64,000 nt of DNA from Harriotta raleighana. Its lineage: Eukaryota. The notes below the pieces were generated by a model, which saw only the letters and a list, made by a program, of their open reading frames with translations, did no database searches and had not been told where the DNA came from. The DNA lies in contig JBNZDD010013720.1 in assembly GCA_050575255.1 (NCBI GenBank), forward strand, positions 9,101,767 to 9,165,766. Reading direction: 5' to 3'. A program made the translations under genes and the position numbers. Below, in pieces: positions 1 through 12,866 of the stretch. Each line of letters opens with the position of its first letter. Position 1 is the stretch's first letter.

Positions 1-924
1 ATTTTAGACAACCCACTATTGGGAACTGTTGAATTTCGTCTTAAGTATAAAACCCTTTACAGGAAATTAGAGAAAAATGGCTTCACAATTAAGGCTGTAT
101 ATTTAGGATTTTTTTTCTCCAAATTCTGTTTGTGCTAAACTGTTAGATAAAGTAAAACTAGATCTAGGTGAAATTTCTCCCATAGGGTCCCCTCTCTTTT
201 AATCAAATGGCTGCATTAAAAAGTGCAAGGAACAGGAGTGGAAGCGAAACACAAAGTCACCATGGAATCTTCTGAGACATTTTGAGTCACCAAAGCACAC
301 ATCTCTGCTAATGCCTCATCGGCTAACTAGTTAGTTAAACTTAAAGCTTTAGCACCTTTTGTCACACATGTCCACACATGTCTCATCTTTTGTCTGAAAG
401 ATCTTGTTAGCTCATTTTCAGCCCTGATCTCTCTAGTTCACATGGTACAGACCTAACCTGGGGCTCGCTCCCCCTGTACTTTTTGATGGCATGTAATTCT
501 CAAAAGGTCATAGTGCATTGAGTTAGTGTACTAACCACTTCAGGAATGGGATTAAATAAATAATATTACACATAAACACCAGTTCAAATGCGGAGTATAG
601 CATATAACACATAGAGCTATCTAAATACTGCCCTTAATGGGTTGGTCGATAAAGACTGGGTCTAACTAAAAGAAATGAAGAAGAAAGTTTATAGTGAGCA
701 TATGGGGTAAATTAATGTCATGTTATCAATGCTTCTTATTCTATCCACTTATTTAAAATACTAAATATGTTTAGTATACACCTTCAATATGTTGGTTCTT
801 GTAGTTGCTCACAGGATGTCTAGTGATTCTTACAATGCACGTCATACAATATAACACAACCCAGGGCTGGAACACTGAAACTTAATGGGACTACCCCTTA
901 AATCATAAAGAGCTCAATACTTAC

Positions 925-1014
925 TGTCATACCATACAGAGAAACCTGCCCATGAACCTTGAATTGGTTGGATGTTGTCAGTCCTCTGCTTGTGTACAAA
1001 AGAATATCGTTGAA
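925..1014 (-). CDS. FARP1: FARP1 exon 21 (90 nt), PH1: FNDILLYTSRGLTTSNQFKVHGQVSLYGMT
   Basis: ttgcag|TTC...ACA|gtaagt; phase 0 to 0. Confidence 0.96.
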
Positions 1015-1177
1015 CTGCAATGTCAGAAGAAAAACGACACTATTTTAATCACAGTTCAAATCACCTAAGTGAAAACATTCTAAGTGAATATTCTGTCATA
1101 GGGAAATGGAAAACAAAAACAAGAAGATTACAGTAGTTAAAAATAAATTTTGATTTTAACCACAGAAAATCAAAATA

Positions 1178-1396
1178 CAGTAAAACCATTTTACCGATTT
1201 GTTTACCGACTGTGCTGGAATGCTTTATTGGTAAGTATCCGTACAATATTCTGTTACTATTTAGTCTATTATTAACATGGTATATTTTAAAATAAGTTAA
1301 TTTTTTATGTTGGGTTTTCAGCAACTTGTCCCCCGTTTATCCGGCACAGTCAATTAGTCGACCCCAAGAGCGTGCCGGATAAACAGGGTTTTACTG
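1178..1396. mobile_element. Tigger/pogo-like MITE, internally deleted
   Basis: TA-CAGTAAAACC ... CCGGATAAACAGGGTTTTACTG-TA; near-identical body at 8805-9011. Confidence 0.8.
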
Positions 1397-1601
1397 TAAT
1401 TAGTCATTGTTTTCCACCATCCAAAACAACTATGTACCCTCACAACTTGACTGTTATTTATCATACTAGTATTGCTGAGTCAAAGTACATTCTTCTGCAC
1501 TACCGGGTAAATAGATAGTTCGATGCCCAGAAGTGGCATTACATCTTTGATCCTTTCAGACAGATACTTCAGTCACAATTACTTTTTGCTCAGTTACTTA
1601 C

Positions 1602-1670
1602 CAGAAAGAACATGCGTTGCTGTAATCCCTTTGCAGATAGTTTACTGAGACATCCCTGTCTGATGAATTC
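1602..1670 (-). CDS. FARP1: FARP1 exon 20 (69 nt), PH1: EFIRQGCLSKLSAKGLQQRMFFL
   Basis: tgaag|GAA...CTG|gtaagt; phase 0 to 0. Confidence 0.96.
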
Positions 1671-2954
1671 CTTCATCAAAAACACAATAATATGATAAGA
1701 ATAAAAATCAAACAAGGTCTAGACAATACACAAATATAAGGCACGTATAAAGGACTGCGTGTAAGATTAACGAGAGCTTTTGGCTACTCTCTGATGACAG
1801 AGCTAAGGAATATAATTTATAATCTTTAATATCAATGATGATATCCAGTATCTGCACATGCCAATTATATTTAAAGGTGAGTAAAGTAGCTACAATTTAT
1901 TACTTGAGCTATCATCATAGGAACATACTGAACCTATTCTACAACAACAACAACTTGGATTTATATAGTGCCCTCCATGCTGGATGGCATCTCAGAGCGC
2001 TAGTACAGTATCTACATTTCCCTCGAACACTAAATTCCCTCTAACATGGCCTTATACTATAGGTCCTTACTCTACTCTCTCCTATCTATCCCACAGATGT
2101 TTGAAGAGGTATTCTTTCACCCTCCTATAGATGTTTTCAGGGTCTCTCATTATAACTGTAGAGTTCTATGCAGCTATTGAACAGCTCAAGATTTCCCACT
2201 GGCTGAATTCTCAGGGCTCCCTCAAAAGGTATGAGGCTTTCTTAGATACTACTGGTAGCTTCAAACTTCTTTCTTAGATGACAGCAGCCAAAGACTTGTT
2301 TCTGGGATAAGGATTTGAGTTTACAGCATTATATCCCAGGGAGCTCAGACTTGGCACCAGGTTTAATCCTGATAGGTGCACTTATCCTTTCCCATTTGAG
2401 GTCAACAAAATGAATGTAATGTCTAAAACTACTGGAGGAAATGGGAGAATCTCCCCGGGCTTATTTGGTTCAGGCGTAGTTACATCTCCATTTATGCCAT
2501 TTTCTGGTATAGTCTTTTCATTTTACCCTCTACTGATATCTATATTGTTATTTGTCAGACTAAAAGACTGACAGTTGACTCATGTGTGAGGTAACTCTGT
2601 GTCTCAAAGCATTACTATGTCATCAGTTTGCTGCAGAGAACGTAAATAGAGTACCTCACTGATTTTATGCAGAGCTGTACTTCAGAAGGAAGAGATATAT
2701 CATAGGGTTACACGCCATCCCATAACTTGTGTCAACCCATATGGAAGCACTAATGCTGAAAGCTGTAGGGAATTCTATATCACGACCCTCCTTCCCCTAA
2801 ATAAATGGTTCTATTCAGGTCATAAAAGTTGTAGGAAGCTTAATATCAGCTTTATCATGTTTTAGCTGATCTCAGCCAGAATAAGAGTGGAACAGTTCAA
2901 TTGGTCACAGTGCTTCTGTGACATGAAATAGGAATTAGAAATAATGACTTCTGT

Positions 2955-3266
2955 AGAGTTCTGCAGTTCAGCGGTTAGAGTGCTTGCCTCGCAAGCTAGA
3001 GGCCTGGGTTTGATTCCAGGCAGGGCGAAACCTTGGACAAGTTTCCTTACTCCACACACCTGATAATAAGCCCTCAAAAAAAAAAACATTTTTTGACGTC
3101 TCAAAGCACTTCACAGAATACACTGCGAAGTAAATTGACTTTATATTTGTGGGTGAAACACAGCAGCCAATTGTGCACAGCAGTGTCCCTCAAACAGTCG
3201 TGGATTGAAATGACCAATTTTATTATTGTGTTTTTTTTGAGGGATTATTATTAGGTGTGTGGAGTA
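2955..3266. mobile_element. Two fused tRNA-SINE fragments in opposite orientation
   Basis: SINE head on + (2955-3085) joined to SINE body on - (3090-3266). Confidence 0.8.
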
Positions 3267-3775
3267 TAGATATATATACACACACATAATATATTTATAT
3301 ATACATATATATCAAAAATACATAGATATATACAGTAAATCATAGCAGCTTAAAAAAAATAGTTTGTAACAGTTCAGTTTGGAGCTGAACATGAGTGATA
3401 GGAGTTTGCACACAGTTGGAGGAAGAATTTGATGCCCTGAGGCTTGAGGAGCTGAGGGAGGTGCTCAGGTGAGATGGAGCTGATTATGGTCTGCATGGCG
3501 GTGACAAACAGAGGAGAGGACAGCGGCCAGACCCAGCCACTCAAAGGTCCTGTCGCCCAATAAACCCTGCCAGGGGGTCATCTCAGCTCTCAGGACGGGC
3601 TGCAGTCTGAAACTCAGGACCGTAGACAGCAACAGCACCAGGTTATTTAACCACAACAATTTATTTATAACCACAACAATTCCCTTCAGGAGGAAAGAAA
3701 CATTACAAAACCAATACACCCATTCACACAGCCTTTGAAATGACAATATTTTAAGAAACAAAGAACGGAATTTAC

Positions 3776-3906
3776 CCTTCCAGGAATAACTAGATTGTCA
3801 TTGCCTATTAAATCCCTCTTCAGCTCGACAAGCTTCTGAAAGTTCTCCATTTTAATCATGGACCCATGCAGTTGTGCTGCCATTTCTGTGACTTCTGCCA
3901 AAGCAG
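3776..3906 (-). CDS. FARP1: FARP1 exon 19 (131 nt): (A)ALAEVTEMAAQLHGSMIKMENFQKLVELKRDLIGNDNLVIPGR
   Basis: tccag|CTG...AGG|gtaaat; phase 1 to 0. Confidence 0.96.
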
Positions 3907-4550
3907 CTGGACAAAGAACACAGACAAAAGATAATCAGGTCTAGTACAATGTGAAACAAAGTACAAAACCCCAAATAAATTTAACATGCAGAATGGACTT
4001 TCCAATGTGTAATCTTTTAAAACAAATTGATACATTAATGTTAGTTACAAATTACGCAGGGAATGCACTTTAACAAATCTTTCTGACATGAACAGATTCT
4101 AATTTTATTTAGTTTCAATTCAAGGTTTGACTATTTCTGTTCAAATTTATTTTTGTAAATTCCAGTTCTCACTTTTCATTCCATTGCGAAAACCGTGCAT
4201 TGAATCGCAGAACTTACAGAGAAAGAGATTACACAGTCCTTATGCCTAAACTGAGGCTAGCTCATGCATTGGAGCTATCTCCTCTAAAGCAAATTCACTA
4301 CTCTTCTCTCATACACTTATATAGTCTCACTCCTCAAATGTTTATTCAGAATAATTATAACATTGTAATTATCAATAAATATCGATCAATAGAAAACAAG
4401 AGACGGCTTTACTTTTATGAAATTTCATTTTAACATTTTATTAATGTGTTTGATAAATATATCCGACCTAGACAGTTCAATTTCACTCTTTAGAATTAGT
4501 TAATGAATCATTTATGCTGCACAGACCTGCAGGGCAAATGTTCGCAACTA

Positions 4551-5000
4551 CATCACTTCCACCCTCGCCAGGCTCCATTGACTCCTCATTCCCAGAGGAT
4601 CGAAATCAAGATCCTCGTTCTCACTTTCAAGGCCATTCACAGTTGTGCTGTGCCCCTCGTATCTCTCCTACATACTGACTCCCTATCAACCTCCCTGCCC
4701 CCTCTGTTCAGCAGGCTCTGGTCTGCTCCATGTCCCCTGCCCGACCTGTTCTCTCTGCCTCCACACTCTCTCTCCATCCCACAGTCCCTTTGCCTCCCCT
4801 CTTCCCTTGCCTCTTTCAAGGCTGGTCTCAAGTCCCTCCTTTTCGATTGTGCCATCTGCCTCTCTCCAAACTGTTTCCCCCCATCCCCCCTATCCTGCCC
4901 CTCCCCTGTATTCGGGTCCTATCCCCGGACTATTCAGGGTCTTGGGACGTCCTCCTGACGTGAAAGGCACTCTATAAATGTAATTTTGTTGTTGGTGTTG
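4551..5000 (+). mobile_element. L2 LINE 3' fragment
   Basis: ORF2 C-terminal remnant QRIEIKILVLTFKAIH; tail GGGACGTCCTCCTGACGTGAAAGGCACTCTATAAATGTAATTTTGTTGTT. Confidence 0.85.
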
Positions 5001-5278
5001 ATCCTGCCAAATAATATTTCAGGATTTTCAAATCAGGCTACCCCTGGAATTCCCTGAAGGGAAGGGGCCATATCTGCAACTCTTTGAATTGTGTCATCGA
5101 TGGTAGGACTATCAGACAGCTCCAATATGGAATAGATCATTAATTGTTTTTATGCCAAATTATACCAAAATAAAAACCCTGCGATTTATTCCTTGCACTT
5201 TTCTTTCATAAACCAAGGTCTCCAGCTCAGGACCTGTATTTATTTAGCGACAGTGATACTCAGTTGTGAATAAGTTGC

Positions 5279-5295
5279 CTGCCACCTTGTGGCAG
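5279..5295 (-). promoter_or_regulatory. Possible CTCF site (near-palindrome CTGCCAC-CTT-GTGGCAG)
   Basis: Minus strand CCACAAGGTGGCAG has one mismatch to CCASYAGRKGGCRS; motif only. Confidence 0.25.
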
Positions 5296-6209
5296 TGAAT
5301 AGCAAAAGCTACGTCTCAAGATCAATATCATGCATATGGAGAATGCACTATTAAGAGTTCATTCAGAATACCAGCATCAGCAAACACCAATTGCATAAAA
5401 CTTGTTCAGCTCTACTCTTTTTCATATATTACATCGCTTGTGTATTATCCCTTTATGCATGATCATCAATGCTTTAGAAATATGTTGAGTTTCTTCCCAT
5501 GAATCTGAATGGATTATCTTAAACATTGTTAATGATCATGTTTATTGTATTTTTAAAAAAAAATACAGTTTCAAATAAGAAGTATTCCAGCTCAAGCTGA
5601 TTGGAATACAATTTTATTTTTCTAGCTTTTTCAACCAGTTCGGGATGGAATCCACTCAGGTTCTTGACTCCCATTCTCAGTATATATTGTTCATGCTCGA
5701 AAATACGACAAAAGAGAAGACGAGAGACAAGGAATTATTCTGATCCATTTTGTTCATTGATGCAAATGAATTAAGTGCAACATTATCATTCACTAAATTC
5801 GGCAAATTTTCCATTGTATACTTATATACTATAATACAATACATTTATAGTTAAATTATGGTTTAACATAGTCATTTAACATTGACAGTGTCAAATTTGC
5901 TCAAATCTTAAATGGATAGAATAAGCAAATAATTTTAGCTCACACCAGCATACTGAGTGAGTTAAGCAGACTTTAACAGATCCCCAATGCTGTTTTAAAC
6001 CTTTGAATATTTAACCTGTTTCTAACATATTCAAAAGTTTTCAAAATACAGTACAATGCGTTAACCAAAATATGATTTTCTTACTCAGTGAAATCAGAGA
6101 ACTAGACAGGAGCACTCAGAATGAATGACTAAAGATAAATAGTTATGCACTTGTTTGAGAATAGGAATGTGCTGAAAGGCAGCTCCCACTTGGGATGTAA
6201 TCTCTGTAC

Positions 6210-6447
6210 CTCGTGAGTCCCTGAAATCCGCATGACTGGCTGGGTAGTGCTTGCAGAGCCTCTCCAGAATCTGCTTGTAGTGCATCAGCCTATGGAGGGG
6301 CCTCAGAAAAAACATATTCAAGGGAAGGTAGCAGACCTTCTGCTGCTCAAAATCCCTGCATAGCGCCTCCAGCTTCCGTGAGTTCCTGATGGCTTTCTCC
6401 AGCTCCATCAAAATATCATTATGCTTCTGCAGGTGAACTGTAAATTG
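6210..6447 (-). CDS. FARP1: FARP1 exon 18 (238 nt), DH CR3: QFTVHLQKH...VCYLPLNMFFLRPLHRLMHYKQILERLCKHYPASHADFRDSR
   Basis: tttaag|CAA...CGAG|gtacag; phase 0 to 1. Confidence 0.96.
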
Positions 6448-6720
6448 CTTAAAATAGAACAAAGGAGCACAGCATGAGGGACTGGAGTGTACTGATGCAT
6501 TTTGATCTCGCACAGATCTCTTGCTTCATGGAGTGTTAATTATTTTCTTTCTTGTCTCAGATGTGAGGTTGTAAAAACATCTGCTGTTTATGCCTATGAA
6601 GGTATATATGAAAATATATTTCATATCATAATCCAGGTTTCGACAAGTGGAGCAAATTATTGATTTATCCCCAGAAATGTTGTTATCTATATGTTATCTA
6701 CAAGCAGTATATCACATTTA

Positions 6721-7030
6721 GAATAATAATTCCTTGCATTTGATATAGTACTTTTCACATCTTCTAGACGCCTCAAACTGCTTCACAGAATATACTGTAA
6801 AGTGAATTGACTGTATATTTGTTGGCAAAACATGGCAGCCAATTTCGCATATCAGTGTCTCACAAACACATGTGGATTGAAAATACCAACTTTATTGTTT
6901 TCTTTGAGGGACTATTTTTGAGTGACTATCAGGCATGTGGAGTAAGGAAACTTGTTCGAGTGTTGCCCGGCCTGGGATCGAACTTAAGTATCTCGCTTGT
7001 GTGTGCTCTAACCACTGAGCTACATAACCT
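6721..7030 (-). mobile_element. tRNA-derived SINE with Deu-type 3' core and L2-like tail
   Basis: Head GTAGCTCAGTGGTTAGAGCA..GTTCGATCC (A/B boxes); core TTGGCTGCC; tail GCAAGGAATTATTATT. Confidence 0.85.
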
Positions 7031-8292
7031 GAAATCAGCACCAAGTTTAAGTTAAGATGAAATTAAAGTTGATATGTTATTTTTGGAATCCATCATATGA
7101 TGCAATGTGGAGGGTTGCCTAAACAGGTTACCAGAGTATTTAGTGAAAAATGACCTTCTTAATATTAATTTAAAAAATCTGATATATAGTGAAATCTAAG
7201 AAGGTAATGTCAAACTTAATTCTTTAATTAGGTCTCATAAACTGATTCCTCTTAATGGTAATTTTTTGCTAGAAATTCCCATTATAAAGATACAGAGACA
7301 AGATTGATGTTAAGTGCTAAGGATGCGTTGGACCCCCAAGTCATAGAATTGAACTTCCAAGACTCCATCTTTGCTTTTGTTCTTTACCTCTTTAGGATAT
7401 CTATAATATGGCAAAATGAGCCCTTTAATTGCCTTAACATTAGAACCCAAGTCCCCATATCTTGCCTTTTCATCAAATGGCTTGGGCTAGCAAATCTGCT
7501 CTAGATTTCCTCCATTGCGATAAATTCTTCTTTAATTGTAAACTTGAATTTTGGAGGAGCTCCTACTACCTTTCATGCTTTCTGTGGGTCCTCTTTTTAC
7601 ATCTTTGGGCAACTTGCATAATTTCTTGTTAAATAGAGCATGTACAGGGTGATCAAATAATTGTAGTGAGACCATTACAATGTCTAATAAATCTTAAAGA
7701 AATTATGATTTTAGCTGATGAGATAGTAATCCCAACTTTTGGTCACCTTGCACAATGCAGACTCAACTTTTATCAAAACCTGCTGCGAATAGGTCTAGGG
7801 GAAACAGCTGTGTGTGCTTCACCCTTCAATGCTCCATCAGCAAGTGCTTAAACTCAAAGTTAGGAAGGCAGCATGGCATTTCAAGGCTGAAGCCATGTAA
7901 TGTTAATCTGTAGAACAACACAACTGGGTTTGCTGCACATCTGCCTGCCTGACAACTCATTTTATTTTGGACACAGGTTTATTTTGCCCAAATATCAAGT
8001 CAGCTACCCCCAAAAATCTTTACTAACCACATTAGTAACAGGAAACTCATGAATGTGAACAGATCACATACCTAATTTTCTGATCTTATACAAGATAGGA
8101 TATAAATCATATTTCCAAAGGCTACATTATCATGAAATTCCCACCTCAGGCATTTTGTGCCCTACTGAATCAGATACTGTATATTGTATCTGCTCTTAAG
8201 AGTGTTTTGCAAGGAATGTATCAATTTAAACTTTTGGTATAAATATTTAGAAAATCTTAATTTCTTTGTATGTTTTGCTTGTAGAAACGTAC

Positions 8293-8374
8293 CTTCAAGG
8301 AGCGTAGATTCTTCAGCATTACATCGCCAATCCTTTGGTAATCTCCTTTAATATGGGCATTGGACCTCCCTTCC
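8293..8374 (-). CDS. FARP1: FARP1 exon 17 (82 nt): EGRSNAHIKGDYQRIGDVMLKNLRSLK
   Basis: gatag|GGAA...AAG|gtacgt; phase 2 to 0. Confidence 0.96.
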
Positions 8375-8804
8375 CTATCAGAACACATAAATATAATATA
8401 CATGCATTAGAACTATGACATGTTTTCTGCTGCAAAATATGCTGTCAGTGTGAGAACAACTTGAAAAGCCGTGTCTTGTTTCTATAAAATAAACATAATA
8501 TTTCAAAAAATATTTCATGCTAAATAAAAATGAAAACTAATGGAACATATGTGCAGTTCTGGTTGCTGTGACATATGGGGGCTATCCAAATACAGTACTG
8601 TAAATCCAAATTCAGTTGATTTATCGATGGTATCTAATTTGCAGTATTTCTTAATGTAATTTCTTTATCACAAATCTGAGTTAATTAAATGAAGACGAGT
8701 TCTACAAAGCTCCGTATTCTTTTTGGACTAATAAGTTGTGTCTGGAGTGGAGATATAGCAAGAATGTTGTTATATAGTGCCCTCCACGCCATTCGCAGTT
8801 GCTG

Positions 8805-9011
8805 TTTTACCGATTTTTTCCCGACTGTGCTGGAATGCTTTATTGGTAAGTATCTACACAATATTCTGTTACTATTTAGTCTATTATTAACATGATATGT
8901 TTTAAAATAAGTTAATTTTTTTGTTGGGTTTTCGGCGACTTGTCCCCGTTTATCCGGCACAGTCAATTAGTCGACCCCCCCCGAGCGTGCCGGATAAACA
9001 AGGTTTTACTG
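8805..9011. mobile_element. Tigger-like MITE, right part
   Basis: Near-identical to 1190-1396; ends CCGGATAAACAAGGTTTTACTG-TA. Confidence 0.8.
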
Positions 9012-9027
9012 TACTATACTATAGTAG

Positions 9028-9275
9028 AATAATAATAATCCTTGCATTTGATATAACACCTTATCACTTCTTCAAGATATCTCAAAGAGCTTTACAGAAT
9101 ATACTGTAAAGTGGATTGTACGAAATGCGGGAGCCAATTGCACACAGCAGTGGATTGAGAGAACAAATTATTTTTTAAAAGGGGATTACGCCCGATGAAG
9201 CAATCTGCCAATCGACTGACAGCCGGGTTCCTTCTTACTGCAAGGTCAATAGATATGTATGGAGTGAGGAAACAG
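9028..9275 (-). mobile_element. tRNA-SINE, partial, long-core variant
   Basis: Family tail plus extra central segment; head missing. Confidence 0.75.
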
Positions 9276-9712
9276 ATTAACAGTCAAAACTATTCCCCCA
9301 GAAATGACAATTTTTGTAGGGTCTGCTCTTTATAATGCAAAACAATATCTCTGTGTAAAAACAGAACTAGCAGTCAATTTGCACTATAAAGAGGGCACAA
9401 ATTGTGTATTTGGTGTAATTATTGATTTTACCAAACTATCCAGGAGGAAGTGAGACAGGAATAATTTGTTGGAAAATAGTCTTCCTAGATTACTCAAATT
9501 GAAGGTCCAAGCAGTGTGACCAGGAATTTGTCATGCCCTGTGTACTCCTACATTCACATCTTAACTTTATTTAAAATAACAACAACGGAGAAAAAGGTAG
9601 CAAATCATACAAGAAAAGGAGATAAAGTGGATAAAAGAAAAGACTTTCAGTGTAAAAATTGCCAGATATTTACTAAAGCTGAAAATTTGCAATCCTTAAA
9701 AAATTGTGATCC

Positions 9713-9948
9713 TGGAGTTCTGTAGCTCAGTTTACAAGCAAGACACCTGTGTTCAATTCCAGACAGGATGAACCCTCAAAAAAACAATAATAAATTGGGC
9801 ATTTCAATCCATTACAGTTTGTGGGACACTGCAGTGCACAATTGGCTACTGCATTTCGCCCACACATATATAGTCAATTCACTTTTATATTATATTCTGT
9901 GAAGAAGATGTGGAAAGCCCTATATTAATTGCAAGTATTATTATTATT
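9713..9948 (+). mobile_element. tRNA-SINE with internal deletions
   Basis: GGAGTTCTGTAGCTCAG head; core; GCAAGTATTATTATT tail. Confidence 0.8.
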
Positions 9949-11029
9949 GTGCTCAGGACCCTGGTGGAGATCCATTATGATCAGTAGCCAAAACCTAAAA
10001 AGCTAAAATATGTTTTAAATTAAGCTTTCATTATGAGTTCTGCAATTTTAAAAATATATTATATGGGGATCAACTGAGCCACCAAACAAAACATATGATC
10101 TTGCAAGCTTTAACAATCTCACTGCAATTTGTTGAATCAATTAGGCTCTGTATTTCAAGGCTTTCATTGGAGAACATCTGGCAAGTTTGAACCAACACTG
10201 AGACCCCAAATTCTCCTGTATTGGATTACAAAAAATGTTTTAGTCTTAATTTAGATATTGATTTCCCAGTGTTCTTAAAAACATTGAAGAAAACCAACTT
10301 CCAAATGAATAATTTTGCATTATTCTGCACCACCTCAAATTTAACTACATTTGTATTAAAATTACGATGGTAAGGTAAATAGTATGAGAAAATTTTGGGT
10401 CTCAGAATACTTAAATACAAATTAGTTTACAGTCAAGTATTAACATAAAGGAATGATTACAATCATGAGATTGAGGACGATGATTCTAAATAATCCGCAT
10501 AATGGTGCAGTACTTATATTAAAGGATTCCCCACATATACAAATGGACGTGGGATGCAGGCCATGAACATCTATGCTCAGTTCCTTGCCTGATCCGATTT
10601 GCTACAACAATGCTAGTAAAACACATTAGGATGTGTTAGTCAAAATTCGGAGGATATTAACATTTTGAATTGGTCAATATCCACATTCTTAAAAAAATCA
10701 AATGATGCAAATGAATGCTTCCTCCAAATAGATTTGCATATGTGGAGTTGAGTCTTATAAACCAGGAGGGTCTGAGGTTTATTCTCCTGTCTGTGCTGAG
10801 TCAGAATGCTAACTTGCACTGAGTGTTCCAAGGGCTAAGCAATGGGAAAGTCACCCAGGTTTCTTGCTCCTGAATGTTATCTACATCATAATCGCACAAT
10901 TAAGAGAGTCCAGGTTCATGCATATGGCTGGCTACTATCAAGAGGGACTTGTGGAATTATATATAGCCAAGTCTGAGTATACATCTTCAGGAGAAGAGCA
11001 AAGAAAATTGAGATGTTTAACTCTAGAGA

Positions 11030-11165
11030 TGGGGAGAATGGGTTTGCGGGGTTATGGGGAGAGAGCCAGGGAGTGGGATTGACTTTGAATAGCTCTTTTC
11101 AAAGATCTGACACAGACTCGATGGGCCGAATGGCCTCCTTTTGCACTGTAACATTCTATGAATAA
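11030..11165 (+). mobile_element. CR1 LINE 3' end
   Basis: GATGGGCCGAATGGCCTCCTTTTGCACTGTAACATTCTATG, typical CR1 terminus. Confidence 0.75.
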
Positions 11166-12081
11166 CCTTTGTCCACCTGATTTTTCGTTTGATGAAAGCA
11201 ACTTGCTTTATTTTGGACAAGGCACAGGTTTGTGAATTTCACTGTTACACAAAGAAAATCAGGGGATCCTCCAGCACCGCCCACTGAATGACTAAAATGC
11301 ATTGAGTGTGTTAATTTATAGATGCTGCCATTCACATCATTGTGTAGTAATTTTGATAAGTGCCTTCAATAGAGAAAGGCAATTGTGCTAAGTGCTCTCT
11401 TCTTTTTTTTATTTTAAATTTCCCTAAAGACAAGCTATTTTATGTAGCCTTGTTGGCAACAGGAACTAAAATTCCTTTATTATACTTACAATCTTTTCCC
11501 TTCCCTTTTCCATTTAAACACCTACAGGTGGAGAGGAGCCACTCTATCTTGTGCACAAATGTGAATATAGCACTGGGTTTCCAGTTTTCAATGAATATTT
11601 TATTTGCAATTTTTGAAATAACCTTCGTGAAACCAATTGGAAACACTTATGGAGACTTCTGTTTCAAAGCAATATTTGTAACACATCACATTGGCATTTC
11701 TGAAACAGAATGTGAATTTTGTGAATATTGCATATGTTGTCTCCAAAATTTGCGTATCCAAAACAAATGAAAATTAATCCTTCCAAAGGAAGTGGCTGAA
11801 TTTGGGGTCCTGATCCTTCACGTCAATCACTGACACTTGTATTTGGTTATTTGGTTATTTTTCATTTCCTCTTAAGGTCTGCAGGGCATGGTTCATTTTG
11901 ATTCCTTATCCAACTGACTGTTCTTTATGTGTGAGGCCAGACAGACCCTAGAAAGCCATGAGCTAAAAAGGTGCACTTCAACATGAATTCTGTGTGATAC
12001 CTTTCTCCTTCTTAGCCCTAATTATATCTGGGATCATACGTAGTGTTTGAGTGAGATAAACCAAACAGCGGTAGAACTTAC

Positions 12082-12215
12082 CATAGAGCAAGCCTTTGTT
12101 CAATTTCCTTCAGAAACCCAGTGTGAAACTTGTACAATGGGTCAAAATTGGAGAAGAGAGCAGTCTTCAGAGGTTCGGGCATTACTTCATCTTTGGCCAC
12201 AGTATTTTGGAAACA
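12082..12215 (-). CDS. FARP1: FARP1 exon 16 (134 nt): CFQNTVAKDEVMPEPLKTALFSNFDPLYKFHTGFLKEIEQRLAL(W)
   Basis: ttgcag|TGT...TG|gtaagt; phase 0 to 2. Confidence 0.96.
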
Positions 12216-12866
12216 CTGCAAGAGATAGGGAAAATACCAGAATTTTTTATTATTATTTTCTGCATTGAGTTTCGTAAACAGCAGGGGTGAAGAATGGGTA
12301 GAATATCTGTTCACAGTTCAGTCTTACTTGAAAGCTACATAGGGATATTTTTGTATAGCGATTACACTGCCATTAGTTGCCATCTATTAATAAAGCTGAG
12401 TTTATTATTTTCAAATGTTAGTGACTTGTGGGTAAAGACTGAAAAACCAATGTTGGCACTGAAATGGTAGAATGTGGACTTATAGCATCAGGATACTTGT
12501 GACCTGAGGAGTTTGATCTTCCCTTATTAAGATGAAGCAAAGTTAATGGAACCTAAGCACTTGACTTGCTAGAAAGGGAATCCAGTCACCTGACCTGCTC
12601 ACCTGTAAATATGGTTCAGGTCTGCATTGTCCTTTGACAATTTGGGACCTAGAAGAGTTTGGGGAGGATTGGGGGCTTGTTCTCAGTGGAATGTTTCAGT
12701 CTAATTTAGCTGATCAGGCCTAACCTCTTTCATCAATAAAAATAATTTATTGCAGCAAAAGAGTTGATGGAACAATAAGTGTTACTATCTAGTGCTGAAG
12801 GAACCAAAACATTATAAATCTAGGCCAGGGAAATTCAGGAAAATCATAGACTAATCATATGAGTAA

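Noticed and set aside
3380-3620. GC-richer block next to exon 19 as an exon
   Set aside because: Exons 19 and 20 join in frame without it; ADHNQLHL looks like a decayed L2 ADDTQLYL remnant, too weak to annotate.
4503-4977. Four overlapping ORFs of 72-151 aa
   Set aside because: They arise from the stop-poor, C-rich L2 3' region.
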